NCBI GenBank assembly: GCA_951406725.2
Contig: OX597818.1
Location: 67,642,001-67,706,000, forward strand
Direction of reading: 5' to 3'
DNA from: Octopus vulgaris
Taxonomy: Eukaryota
Length of the DNA stretch: 64,000 nt
Position 1 is the stretch's first letter, and each line of letters starts with the position of its first letter. Positions 40,828 through 55,928 of this stretch are shown piece after piece. The notes beneath the pieces are model-generated. The model had not been told where the DNA came from and did not search any database. It saw nothing but the letters and a program-made list of their open reading frames with translations. A program made the translations under genes and the position numbers.

Positions 40828-43060
40828 GTAGAAAGATAGATAGATAGGCAGGTAGATAGATATGTAGATAGACAGGTAGATAAATACACACACACACACA
40901 TATATATAGTTATACATATATATACATATACCACACACACATGTATACGTTGTACTTATACACATATACACACATATCCATATGCATAATCATTTACCCT
41001 TTTTACTCCTGTTCTTGTGTGTGTTTATTGAGAAGCGGCTCTGTATTTATAGGTACGTACAATCAGATAAATGCACAGAAAATCATTTATTACATGTTCG
41101 CATTTATTACATGATGGTTCATCCATGATAATGAGAACGTTTTATATCGATAGGAAACTTGGTATTTGGAGAAGAACGCTGGAAATGATAGGATAATGTT
41201 GTCATTCATACTTTTCCTTGAGGACATTAATGAAGTAAAATCATGTTAAATTGCTGTTAACCCTCTCGCTTCATAGTTGTACTCTGTGGTATTTACCACA
41301 AATTCATGATATTAAATTTCAATTATTGCTCAAGATCCATGCTTCTGGTCACTAGATATATTTCATAGCTTTCCTTCAAAGCTATACCTTTGCACGTTTT
41401 ATTTTCGGAAATGAAAGAAACAGCAGAATGAAACTTAGTTATTATAACTTTGCTGTATGGATTAAATATATTTCAAATAGATTTACAGATTTTGTCAAAT
41501 TCATATTTATGTATGTTGTCATTATTTTCATGGAGGGATATGTGAGATCATATAAGAAAACTTGGATATTGTGAGAACAAGCGCGAACATTTCTAATGCT
41601 CGATGCTCCTCCTAACATTTACCATTTGAAAATGAAACCACCGTATCCCCAAATGTGCCATTTTTATTATCTCGACCCAATAAGAAGCCTTAAGCGGCCC
41701 AGTCGACCTGCTAGACGTAACAGTTGAATAGCGAACACGTAACTCCACACCATTTCAAAGATAACCCTTGAAATATTGCATAATGCGGACCTATGGATGT
41801 TGTGTCTGTCACAAAAATGACGAACACCGCTAATCATGGATCCCTTCCAACGAGAAAAAGAAAAACAAAAAAAAGAAAAACAATTGCAGTTGGTTCTTGA
41901 CTGATAAGTACTTTTTGAAATCTTGTTTTGAGACTAAATTTATAAGAAAGATAGACTGTTATCTAGAAAACGTATCAGTTAATTTTACCTGATGGTCGTT
42001 AAGCTCCTAGTCGTAGAGCATTGCAGGTTTAACGAAACAGCATGAGCGCCCTAAAGGTTGCCATTCTCCTTAACTTATTCAGTCCAAACATGATTTGCAT
42101 AACGCCAGAATTTGCTCCCACCCTGCTAGCTGTAGATTTTGTACCGAAGACAATTAATCGCAGCCCATTATTCCTACATTTTAAGACTGATTAAAGATGT
42201 AATGACATAGTGTGGTATCCTGATAAGTGTATCCATTTACGTTGATTCTGTTTCCAAAAACATCCTTCACATGAGATTCTTTAACTTAATTCTCCAACAC
42301 CCCAACAGTATATATTGCTTACTATCTTTCTTCAATCTATTGTATTCCTCTTGTCATTATGTCTTACGTTTACTTGTTATTTCAACAAGATATTTATTGA
42401 TTTTATATTCGTACATCAAGTTCCTATGCGCTGCATGGCTCAGGTGAATTTCATTTTCAGCTTGGATTCTGTCAATTCTGAATAGGTTTTGAACTCTCTG
42501 CCATTGTTATCGCCAACAATACAAGCAGAGGCGCTGATACAATTGGTTCACAGGATCCAGAAGAGTCATTTCGCCATGCGTTATTGATTCCCGAGTTCTT
42601 TTTTTTTTCAGTTAAGATGTTTAAAGCAAATAGAGTTATACATTATTAATATATAGCACAATTCCATGACACTTGATGGAAATCTAGGACACTTTAGAAG
42701 AAAAATGCTTGCAATATTCCCAGCAGCATCTCATGAATTTAGAATGGCAAAAATAGCTTTCATGATATTGATAATATCATGAACATTCCTGCTAAACGAC
42801 AATTTCTAGTAGTAGTTATAGAATCTGGCGTCAATAACAGTCCTCATCATGACATTTTGAAAGTAAGATGAATGTTTAATCCTGACACATTTTTATCTGT
42901 CGTCCTCTAATTTCTAGGGGCAATTTCTTGACATTCCGCTACATAGTGGGAAAATGATGTCAGATGTTGGTATCGAAACGAGCTGACACTTTCGGTATTG
43001 CTCAAATGATCTCGATAACAGGCTTTATTTCTTTACCTATGTTTATATGCATATAAGTAC

Positions 43061-43102
<42 letters not shown>

Positions 43103-43864
43103 TACATATACACTCGCACAAACACATATATCCATTTGTATCTATGTACATATATATTAATGAATTGTTTCGTGTAAATTTTCATAAAACTGAACACGGT
43201 TGATTTTAGTTCTACATCTGTCTAATGTTAAACGCTTTTCTGTTGCACCAAATGAGGATTAGGATGAAATTCGATGCATGGCAGACAAGATAGCATCCAT
43301 TGGAGGTTTATTAATTTTAAGACTGTTTCCTTTATTTCTGTGATTCTTTAAACATTTCTTTATTTTTTCATATTCCATAATTTGTGTCTTGATTTTTGAT
43401 TTTGTGGTTTCAAACTTTATGAACGCAAATCTGAAATGTATTTGTAACATTTCATAATTCTCATGATTCCTAATTAGTTGCAATAAGAAATATACTCAAA
43501 TATCCCTCTCAGGATCACTCTTCTTCTTCCAAATATATTGCGTTCTCACAACCTAATTAGCAGAATGGCCAACGACTTTAAACTCGGATGCACATTATAT
43601 ATCACTATGAGTTTATTTCAGCAACTTACATTGAGTTCTAATCCATTTGTTAGCATCATTGTAATGCAGTTCTATATTTAAGAGATGAGGAATGATGTAC
43701 ATTATTTACATTATTTACCCTTCAGGGATATTTGTCCTCATCTTGTTTCTTGTAAACACAACGTTACGGCTGATATACCCTCCAGCTTTCATCAGGTGTC
43801 CTGAGAAAATTTCGAATCTGGGTCCGCATTTCTAAGGTATTTTTGGATGGTATTATTATTATTA

Positions 43865-43953
<89 letters not shown>

Positions 43954-43964
43954 TTTATTATCAC

Positions 43965-44024
<60 letters not shown>

Positions 44025-44027
44025 CAC

Positions 44028-45043
<1,016 letters not shown>

Positions 45044-45211
45044 CATTATTATTATTGAAATCATTGCCTGGAATTAAACTCGGAGTCTTGTGGTTAGTAG
45101 CCCACGTTCTTAACCACGTGCATAAGGTGTAGTGATTATTAAGAGTTTGGTTCCGAGTTCGATTCCAACCAGTGACCTTTGCATCATTGTGCCTAAATCT
45201 CATCACAACTT

Positions 45212-45243
<32 letters not shown>

Positions 45244-45247
45244 CGCG

Positions 45248-45565
45248 AGAAAGAAGCAACAAGAATGGATAGGTTTTTAGTACAATCGTTTCATACAAGG
45301 ACAGGCTTTATTAAAAGTTGCAAAAATTACAGCATATAAACGTACAAAAATTACAGCATATATTTTGTAATTTTTGCAACTTTTAATAAAGCCTGTCCTT
45401 GTATGAAACGATTGTACTAAAACCTATCCATTCTTGTTGCTTCTTTCTGCTTATAATCACCCCACATTACTGTATTGTTAAAACAGTATAGTTTTTTTGG
45501 TGCATCTAAGTTAGGTACCATATTCAAGTAAATTCATTTAAATTAACTTGAATCTTTATTGCTTT
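45248..45565 (+). mobile_element. Non-autonomous Penelope-like pseudo-LTR insertion with a perfect 84-bp inverted duplication
   Basis: Arms at 45248-45331 and 45366-45448; same family as 8720-9054 (CCATTCTTGTTGCT, TAATCACCCCAC, ACCATATTCA, ACTTGAATCT); lies between (TA)n tracts. Confidence 0.65.
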
Positions 45566-45566
45566 T

Positions 45567-45614
<48 letters not shown>

Positions 45615-47494
45615 AGTGTGTGTGTGTGTGTGTGTGTATGTGCATGTTTAGTCGAATAATCTTTTCTATATATGTGTATTCCTGAATATTTATGTGTGTA
45701 TGTGTGTGTTTGTGTGAGGGTGTACACGCGCTTGTATGTATACACGTGATTGTAAACAAGAGCAAGAGGGAGAAAAAGTATTCATTAGAATTGGCTGAGC
45801 TAAATAATTAATTACAATGTAAATATGAATCTTTATATCTCATTACTTCGAATTAGTCAGTGCCATGTTTTGAACGATCCGAAAAAGTGGAATATTGCAT
45901 TGAAAATATAAAATCTATTTCGAACGTTTAGAATACCATTCTTAGATCCTAAATATACAACATAGAAGAAAAAAAAGAGAAAATAGTAAAGAATAGAAAC
46001 TCGCTTAAAGATTGAAGTATCAGCAGATAAACATGTTCAGCAATTTTGTCGTGATTCCAACTTATTTCACATATACCCCGGATGCATTTTGCAAACAGCT
46101 CATTTCCATTAATCATTTTTTTCCGAGTTGCTTGGAAAAAAATAAACAAAAACAAAAACTATTTATCAATTGGCAACTTCCTTTTTGAGTTGTATTTATT
46201 GAAACGCTAATATAGATATTGTGTTTTGTCACGTTACTCTCCTTGAATTCACTGTTTTAGAGTGGTTAATACCAGAAATGGCCTGGGAAAAAATCAAAAT
46301 TATAACAGTATGTGCAAAAAATAAAAATGGTTTTTTAATCAAATAAAATAGAAAAACGCAGAATGTATATCTACATATGGATATATGGAGTTTGAAATAT
46401 TGATACAAAGACCAAATATACACAAGTAGGTAGAAAAAATAATAATATATCACTGCAGGAATATTGTACATGGAATAATATTTTAGAGATATCATTCACA
46501 TATCCGCTACCGAATTTATGTAACTTATTCTATACGTTGCAGAGAACAAGTGAAACCAATTTCTGCATAAACCGTGTCCTGTTAATATATCGGGGACATG
46601 TTTCTCATTATTGCTATCGTTGTTCCTGCTGCTATGTGTCATCGTTTTATAGTTTAGATCAACGCGTGAATTTCCTCCACTGTCCTTTTTTCCCATTGGA
46701 CAAATAATGAAACGTATACACATATACACAAACACGTATATCATACGATATATACTTCATTAAAACAGTTGAGTATAATTTGAGAACATTTAGCAGCAAA
46801 TTTTAACAGTTTCAATGAATATTTATAAAAATTCCAGTTCACTTAAACCTTAATTATTATTGTTTTTGTTAGAATTGTTTAGCTACGAGCCTGCCAGGTT
46901 GAAGAAGCCAACGATGAACATCTTCCAACTCTGGCCGTTCAAATATTTTTCGTAACACTGGAACTATATTGGCCAATGTACCGTTCTTTTCTGTAAGACA
47001 CTAGAATATGATTTGTATTACATTTGGCTGCTATATTTAGCCGTTCAACAAATACTTAGAATCTATCCGGGTGGCTGTAGACCCCGTTTCAGATGTTCTT
47101 ACTTTTTCTTAACACCAAAAAGCCATTTTTTAATGAGTCTATGGTCAAAATATTTTAGCTACAACTGTCACGTTTTCATTTGTATATCTAGGATTATTGT
47201 GACTTACATAACCCAAAATGTATTCAAATTATTTCAAAATACCTTACTGAACACGTCGGTATTGATAATTACAGAAATATATCAAAGCACATAATTGCAA
47301 ACCAATTTCATGTCTTACAGTGTGCGTGTGTAGTGATTTGCTATGCGCCTACGTTTCATATACGATGCGTCTACCGGGCGTAGCCTCAGTACAGTTGCAT
47401 TGCTTTAGAAGAGACTGATGTTGGATATGCGATTAGATCCAAATTGCGTAGGAACGTAAATATTTACATTTCTAATTATTCAAAACTATACGGG

Positions 47495-47713
47495 GAACAT
47501 GGTTTCAAAATTTAACTCAAGGTCTGCAAATTCGGGGAATGGAATAAATCAATTACATCGACCCAACTACTCAACTAGTTTTTATTTTGTTAACCCCTAA
47601 AGGAAGAGAAATAAAGTCGATCTTGGTAGCATTTGAACTCAGAACAGAAATACAGACGAAATGCTGCTATGCAGTTCTCCCGGCGCGGTAGCAACTCTGT
47701 CAGTTAACAGCCA
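47495..47713 (-). mobile_element. Diverged copy of the abundant tRNA-derived SINE
   Basis: TTACATCGACCC...AAAGTCGA...ATTTGAACTCAGAAC...GACGAAATGC is homologous to 57285-57518. Confidence 0.7.
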
Positions 47714-49967
47714 TTTAGAAAATGGGATAGATACAGATGACAGTTTTTAGTTAATGATTTAAAATGGGTTTACATTTTACAATAAGAAAGTTTTTTCTTG
47801 TTTTGTGGATTCTTTGCTTACTTTCCGTAAATTCCTATAACAGGAAAAGTTTAAAATGTGGTCACCGTATTACTGCAAATCTATGTAACTGCGTATTTAG
47901 TCGAGTTTTTCTTGCCTTCAGAACACGAGGAGAATGAATTTAAAACCTATAATTCTTCCTAGAATATTCCAAATCAGACCAATTAAAGATGAAGAAGAAC
48001 AACAAAGACAAACATAAGACAGACAATTTATTGATAAGTTTAGAAAGGATGGAGATTTGTTAAGTATAAAGTAAACTACTAATGAAGAGAAATATAAGAC
48101 AATTGGTGAAGGAATATCTGTAGAATTATATAAGAAGGCGGAAGGAATTCGTTATGAAAACATTTACAAACTGTTGAAGTAAGAATGGGAAAATGATTAT
48201 TTCAAATTAAAGATGAGATAAAAGAAGTGGGGAAGAATAATTTCAAAAAAGAACATTCTTTAGAAAACCTTTTTCATGAAAGAACTGAAATTAAGCTATA
48301 TGCAGAAGCCATAGAACAAACACACAATGAACCACGCGTTATAAATTTGGAATGGAACAATGATCAAACATTGAAAAGCAATAGAAATACAAAAACTTAA
48401 TCTAATTGAAACCGACCCCGGTATGAATTCAACGGAAACCAGCTTAGATACAGAGTGGCATCTTACTCAACGAATAAAATCTTCTATTATCCAGAAAAGA
48501 ATATCCTATTGTTTCTAATAAGTTTCTACAGTAATGAAAATAGAATTATAGGAGAAATACGTTAGAAAATTATTGTGGGAGAACGCACTTTCGAAGTAGG
48601 TACAGGAGAAGCAAGATTGCAAGGAATCATGACAGCCACCTTAACTATTTTGTTTAGAGTAATGAATGCAGAAATATATCAAATCTACGAAACTATTTCC
48701 ATGACTACTTTTTAGATCCCGTCGAAAGGAACAAGGATGCCAGCTGGAATGACCAAAACACGAGACACTAACATTTTTTTATTGCAGTCAATACAACAAT
48801 AACAACATTTCCAAAAACTTAAATTGACGCCAATTCCAGGAAATTCATAGACAAATGATATAAAAATATTACAAACCTAAGACTTTCAGATGAGATGCTT
48901 AATGAGGCTTGCGATTTCGAATCTCTCGTCAGAAATAAAAGTAAACCTTATGTACCAAGAGGTAGAGACAGTGAACGTGATAGGTTTTCGGATCATATTT
49001 TTTGCAACTGGATACCTACAAATACAAAGGGTACGTGAAACATTCACAACAATGGAATGAGAGTATATTAATGCATTTTAACCGATTCAAAACTGATTGT
49101 ATATGAAGCTAATAAAGGAAGAATTGTAGGTGTAACAGGCATAGAATTCTATCAAAATTTTACACTATCCATAGTTGACCAGAAGAGCAGTTGTGAAAAG
49201 TGCGCTTAAAATATTACAAAAACTTAACGCCCGATTCAATTTATACAAAAAGGGGTTAGCTGACGAAGAATAGGAGTACTTAACCGATTTTAAATGTAAT
49301 CAAGCAACGTGACTGGACAGCAAAAATCCACAGAAGTAAATTTATAAACAATACTTGTAAAGGATTCTAATGTTCTTACGTAAATCACCTTCATCCAAAA
49401 GATTAAAAATTTTAATAAATCTGTGGCAGGACCATTTCTGAAATGCACTGATTGAAGAATTCTTAGACATAATACTAAAGTATTATCTGAAGCATATCAG
49501 AGCTACATAAGTGATAACTTGAATATGTCGAGCTATCTGTCATGTACAATGAATGAAGAATCATTCATAATTTCTTTTGATATTCAAATATGCCGATTGA
49601 ATATGGAATGGGAGCGAAACGTTTTGGGTTCAGTATATTTCCTAAATAACAAATAGGAATGTATTTTTGAAGCTCGACAGTTACTTCAAAAAATATTTTT
49701 TCGTAATTTCGACCACAAGATATATAGCAAAAGGAATTGAAACCTAACAGGGATCCCGATAACCCCAATATTTTGTAATTGGATACGATTTAATAAAAGA
49801 ATAAATTGTATATCCAGGTTGAACAATCAAACGATTTTCAGAATTACTTCAAGGGAATTTAGAGAATTGATTGTTTTATATCATGGAGAGAGCTTGGAGA
49901 TAAAATTTTTGATTGCAAAACAATCATGAAATAGTATTAACAAAAATATTCCATATACTATGGAATA

Positions 49968-50211
49968 TCACATGACCGACCAGGCTATCAGATGTTGTTG
50001 TACATCGCTGGTTACAATGCGTTTTGTATTGTTTCAGCCTTCCCGCTGGTCTCCCAGCTGGCCAGGTGAGCAGGCCAACATTCCTCCCTGATCAAAAGGG
50101 GGACTGGAGCAACGTGAGACGAAGGTTTTGCTCAAGAGCATAAAGCGCCGCCCAGTCAGCGAATCGAATCCACCATCTATTGATCGTGAGTGCCTAACCA
50201 CTGGGCCATGC
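49968..50211 (-). mobile_element. tRNA-derived SINE sharing its tail with the 9812 family
   Basis: TCACATGACCGACCAGGCTATCAGATGTTG...ACATCGCTGG matches the reverse complement of 10040-10101; head ATGGCCCAGTGGTTAGG on the minus strand. Confidence 0.75.
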
Positions 50212-51020
50212 AACTTCTCTATGAAATATAGCAGGGGTAAATCGTGATTTTTATGTTTAGTAGTAATACAAAGAAAAAAATTAGAAATAAGGCAGATATA
50301 TATAATAAACCAATCGACTCGAGGCAATATTTCCATTTTAGTTCATGGAAGCCAGAACACACGAGAGTTAATAGCCGTGCAATCTAACAAAAAGAATATG
50401 CATCAAAGTATCATTAATTATTAATGTAATCTAATGTCTACAAGCAACGCACCTGAGATCAGTGATTTAAGAAGTGTAAAAACCGAAACCGCAGCAACCG
50501 TTTCAGCTTACATCTCATTCTGCAATTCTAAGAAGACTGGGGCGTTTAATGCAATTAAGTGCAATTTCAAATTGTTAGATTAAGGAGAATCTTACAAAAA
50601 TAAATAAAAAAAAGTATTGTAAGGTATAAAATGGTAACATTCTCAGTAGAAATCTTCAACAATTGTCCAACTACTACCAGCGTTACACAAAATCTGACGG
50701 CTAAAATTTGTGGAATTTGGATCAATATATCTGTAGGATCAGAGTCCGATTACAACAACGGGAAAAAAAAGTTTTAAACATAACGTTTGATGTCTTTCAG
50801 AAACTTAATTTACGTAATAAATACGTTGTCCCACAAATGCGTCTTCCCAGCACTATAAGACTTCGAATCTTATATGCGGAAAATATGATAAAAACAACAA
50901 TGAAACAATAAAAGAAACGTTTTAATAGTAAAATAGAAAAGCGATTTCAATCATTAACCTAACATTGGCACCTGCTTCTACTTTATTTTCTAAGACTTAT
51001 CGGGTATATACCGTCTTATA

Positions 51021-51530
<510 letters not shown>

Positions 51531-52235
51531 TATACCTTCTTATAGTTTTGAAAAAGTAAAAGTACAAATATTTACCTCCCTGCACCATTTGGATTTAATA
51601 ACGTAATCTGTATGATTCCCTTCTAGCGTAGTGAATCTGCAATGAGGCATCGTCTACTTCCCTCAGCGGATGTGAAAGGAAGGCAAGTAGAAAGCCATTG
51701 AACATGAGCATTGGGAGGGCTGGAAGTGAAATCAATTTGAAATTATGAACTTTGATGTATTTTTGTAATCATGGATATTGAAAAGGTTAATAAGATATTT
51801 AGAGATTATTTGGATGTAATTTGGAATCCATAATCTTGAAATAATTTGATTGTAGAAATGTATTTTGGATTTGATACAAATATATCGCAATATGTAATAA
51901 AGACTTTCGATAGAATTTGATTGTGGTAATCAGTCTTCAATTCAATGCATTTTATTGTGTCTTGAAATTATTCCACTGACTTAATATACTTTGGAAAGAA
52001 TTCAATGATATAAACATGTAAAAGCGCATTTCCTTTTTATTACTTTTCTGTATGCGTATGTATGTATTTCTGCATTTATGTATGTGTATGTATGCATGTA
52101 TGTATGTATTTATGTATGTATGTACATAGGTAGGTAGGTAGGCTTGCAGGTACGTACGTACGTACTTCCGTAGGTTGGTATGTCGGTTCGTAGGTAGGTA
52201 CGTTGGTAGGTAGATAGGTATGTAGATATATATAT

Positions 52236-52288
<53 letters not shown>

Positions 52289-52347
52289 GAATGATAATAA
52301 TAATGATGATAATAATAATAACAATAATAATAATAATAATAATAATA

Positions 52348-52905
52348 AATGCCCTGATGCAATACGAGACAGTGGCTCTCGTGTCTTCTGATCTTAACTG
52401 ATTGCAAGTGTTATCATGTACATTGTTTTGTCTTGGTGTTAAAGATGGACTACAGCAAATATTCTGCTGAATACCACAGATTTGCTTGTCAGTTGTTTGA
52501 CCTTAACCAGTTGAGCATCTCCCTTAGTGGCTGACGATATGTGCACCTATGATCACGAGCAGAAGTGGTTGGGGAGCATCATAGTCGTGTGTTGAGAGGG
52601 ATTATTAGGTATTTGAATAATTCACCTCTGGAAACATGGGTGCTTCGATTAACATCCTTAAACAACCCTTATTCAGGGACCTTTTGAGCGGGATGGGTTA
52701 CTCGACCAGAAGAAAATTCTAACTGGGCCCCACCTGCAAGGTCCTGTGCTGTTTATCTTGATATGAGATCACCATGTTGTGCACATATTGTTGTGATGCA
52801 TGTGCCTGGTGTACCCTTATTAGACGGGTAGTCATGATAGGTATACTGGGCTTCGTATATTTTACCCCAGTGTCACTTTGGTGGCATGCACTGCTCTCTT
52901 ACTCA
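52348..52905 (+). mobile_element. ~560-bp non-coding interspersed repeat flanked by (AAT)n
   Basis: Starts AATGCCCTGATGC right after (AAT)n and ends CTCTCTTACTC-AATAAT; homologous copies at 62931-63377 (-) and 33300-33652 (-). Confidence 0.75.
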
Positions 52906-53091
52906 ATAATAAAAATACTAATAGGAAGAAATAGAAGAAGACGAAAAAGAAGAAGAAGACCATTTCCACTGGAATTTTCTTTCCTGCTTCGCCTTACTTT
53001 CTTTATTTTTACCCTTCCCCCTTTTTCCTCGCTCTTCCCCTTTTTTGTATCATATGACTTTGCAAGTGAACAATTTAGCGTATTTATCTTG

Positions 53092-53175
53092 ATGGCCTAC
53101 CAATTTGTACAGTGAGCTTCTTTACCCTAGGTGTTGGGGAGACGCTCAGCAATAAACGAAACAATTGAAATAAGA
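53092..53175 (+). mobile_element. 3' UTR remnant of the R4/Dong-like family
   Basis: ATGGCCTACCAAT...TGAG...CCCTAGGTGTTGGGGAGACGCTCAGCAA aligns with the reverse complement of 44090-44155. Confidence 0.7.
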
Positions 53176-53215
<40 letters not shown>

Positions 53216-53216
<1 letters not shown>

Positions 53217-53299
53217 TCACAACAAATCACAGCACATGCCCAAGGCACACAGAGCTGCGCTCGGTAGTGAAGTGAAAGCACGCTATAAAAATAAAACTA

Positions 53300-53361
<62 letters not shown>
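53216..53361 (+). mobile_element. Probable 3' end of a second non-LTR family with an (AAT)n tail
   Basis: CCCAAGGCACACAGAGCTGCGCTCGG resembles the CCCTAGG...CTCGG 3' motif, followed by an A-rich spacer and (AAT)n. Confidence 0.45.
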
Positions 53362-54559
53362 GACTGGACCCGGTGCGCGCTAGCTAGTCGTAAGTAGTCG
53401 ATCCTACAACGACTTGCGCGTATGCAAATGAGTTGGTTAACGAATGAGTTGATTTTACAGAATAAAATAAAAGAATATTTTAAAGAAATTAAATAAATTA
53501 TTTCTTAGAACAATGTATATGATTTTTTTACACAAATCAAATAAAATGTGTGCGATATATATTGGCTAAAAACTCACGAAAGTTTTGAAAAAGTTTGGTA
53601 ATTTCGCCCATACAGGGGCGGAATTATCCTTGAAAAATTCTCAAGTTTTTTAGTGAATGATTTTGCACAAAGATTAAAAACAAAATATTTGATAAGAAGG
53701 AGTTTTAAACATGTAAAAGTGGCCAACCTACGTGGAGCCCATTTGACTAGCGTCCGTCCACGCCGAGCTGTACATTATGATCTATTCACCAATCTGCTGC
53801 CCAACTATTCTACTAAAATGATGGTGGTGCTGATGGTGATAATGAAAAAAAAAATAATGATAATATGCTGCAGCTACTGTTACTAAATACTACTAATACT
53901 ACAATAATACTACAACTACTACTACTATGATAGCACAGGAATCTGAGGCCCAACTACCACACTAACCAGCACACACAGCCCTGCTATTGTTGCTGCTGCA
54001 GCAACTAGTGCTAATACTACACATAAAAACAATAATAGCATTGATATCAGTGATGATGATGATAATAATAATGAAAGGAAACGGGTGGAGTCTCCTTATG
54101 GGCTGATTAATGATACATCAAATGATGGTGTCACAATAAAATCACTGGTAATTGCTCAACCTGATAACCGCTACCTCATATGAGGGACAATGAAAACACA
54201 AAATATTGTGAATAACGGTGGTAATGAAACAGAAGCCAATGATGGTGACATCATTAAGATGTGTTACCTTAGTTCACTGGTAGGGACCAGCTGACACTGT
54301 AGTACATCTCCAGCGTTAGAAGTTGTGCAAAGGCAACAACAACAACAACATGAAAAACAACAATAGTAATAATAATGTCGAAGACGACAATGATGATGAT
54401 CATAACTTTGCAAGGAAAAAAATTGACAGCAATTACGAAATTTTGAAATCGTCAGTTACAGGGGGAATGAAACCTTTGGTAGTTTACTGAATTGAATATT
54501 GGTAATAATAAGGTTGGAAGTAAGAAAAAAGGGAATTCTCCTAGTTCATATATATGTGT

Positions 54560-54613
<54 letters not shown>

Positions 54614-54614
54614 C

Positions 54615-54810
54615 TGGAATATAAAGTAAACAAACAAAAGAAAAGACGAAGACGAGTGTGTAAACAACAAACACAAGTATTGGTTTAACGCTCGGGAAGT
54701 GAGAAAGTCTTTTACGTTTCGTGCCTATGTTCTTCGACAGAAAGTAACACAGAAATAATCAGGGAAGAAAATACAAAAGGTTTAGTGGGTAGCGATCTAT
54801 CATGGCGAAT
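54615..54810 (-). repeat. Probable PLE pseudo-LTR fragment within (TG)n
   Basis: Minus strand CTTT-CTGTCGA-A-GAAC(atag)GCAC-GAAA-C-GTA-AAAG is a degenerate minimal hammerhead layout; flanked by (TG)n on both sides. Confidence 0.45.
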
Positions 54811-54824
54811 CATGTGTGTGTGTG

Positions 54825-54857
<33 letters not shown>

Positions 54858-55144
54858 ATGTGTGTGTGTGTGTGGTAAAATAACTTGAAATTTTCCATTG
54901 AAGTAAAATTCAATAAAATTAATATGGCAGAATATTTATGTTGTTACATTCCAGACATTTTCGACTGGAGATTAAGTTTGTTTATGCCTCTAGTGAACTG
55001 AAGATGTTTAATTTCTTTTATATACATAATACTCCTCTTATCAGATATTAAGCCACTCTTTTCCCAAACGTGAAAAGACGGAAGTGTTCAACGTTCCCTC
55101 AAAACTTTAAATCATATTTTGTTTAGACAAACTGTTTTATAAAC

Positions 55145-55179
<35 letters not shown>

Positions 55180-55182
<3 letters not shown>

Positions 55183-55715
55183 TAAATGAAATAAGACATC
55201 AAAAACAAGGGTGTGTGGATTTTATACGCCATCTTTATCAATGTCAAATAACTTCAACTCAGCATTCGTTTGGTCGTCTTATTTCATTTAACATATACAT
55301 GCTCACACAAGACACCCGTTAGATTCCTCAGTCGTATTATTATTGAACTGAAAGTCTAACTACGATCCTCCTGTAGCACCTACATAGCCTCACATGTCAT
55401 CTTGCGTCTTCTGGACATCTCTCATATATATATGTATATATATATATATACATATATATTTTCGTTTTTTGTATTTATATTCGTCCCTGTGGCGTTTACA
55501 TTCGTTCCTTTTTCCAAGAAATCTAATGCTCACAGCTTAGTTTTTCCTTGGGGCTGGCCGCGTTGGAGCAAATATCAGAATTATTCAGCCGAAATTTGCT
55601 ATGATGATCCGGTTTCTGACTGAAGATTAAAGGCTTCGAATGACCCGTCTGTTTTCTGTGTTCGTCCCTTTGTGTATCTCACGTTCTTGTTTCTTAATAT
55701 ATATTTTTATTCCTA

Positions 55716-55791
<76 letters not shown>

Positions 55792-55928
55792 CGTATATAT
55801 ATACCCAAATATATACATTTCTTTTTAAGGATTGAATAAAAAGACGACAAACAGAAAATTTGACATACCTATATATAAATATGTATGTCAAATTTTCCGT
55901 TTGTTGTCTTTTTATTTAATCCTTAAAA
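55180..55928. repeat. Cluster of inverted repeats and repeat fragments interleaved with (TA)n
   Basis: 18-bp inverted repeat at 55180-55197 / 55276-55293; hairpin with 46-bp arms at 55823-55928. Confidence 0.6.
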
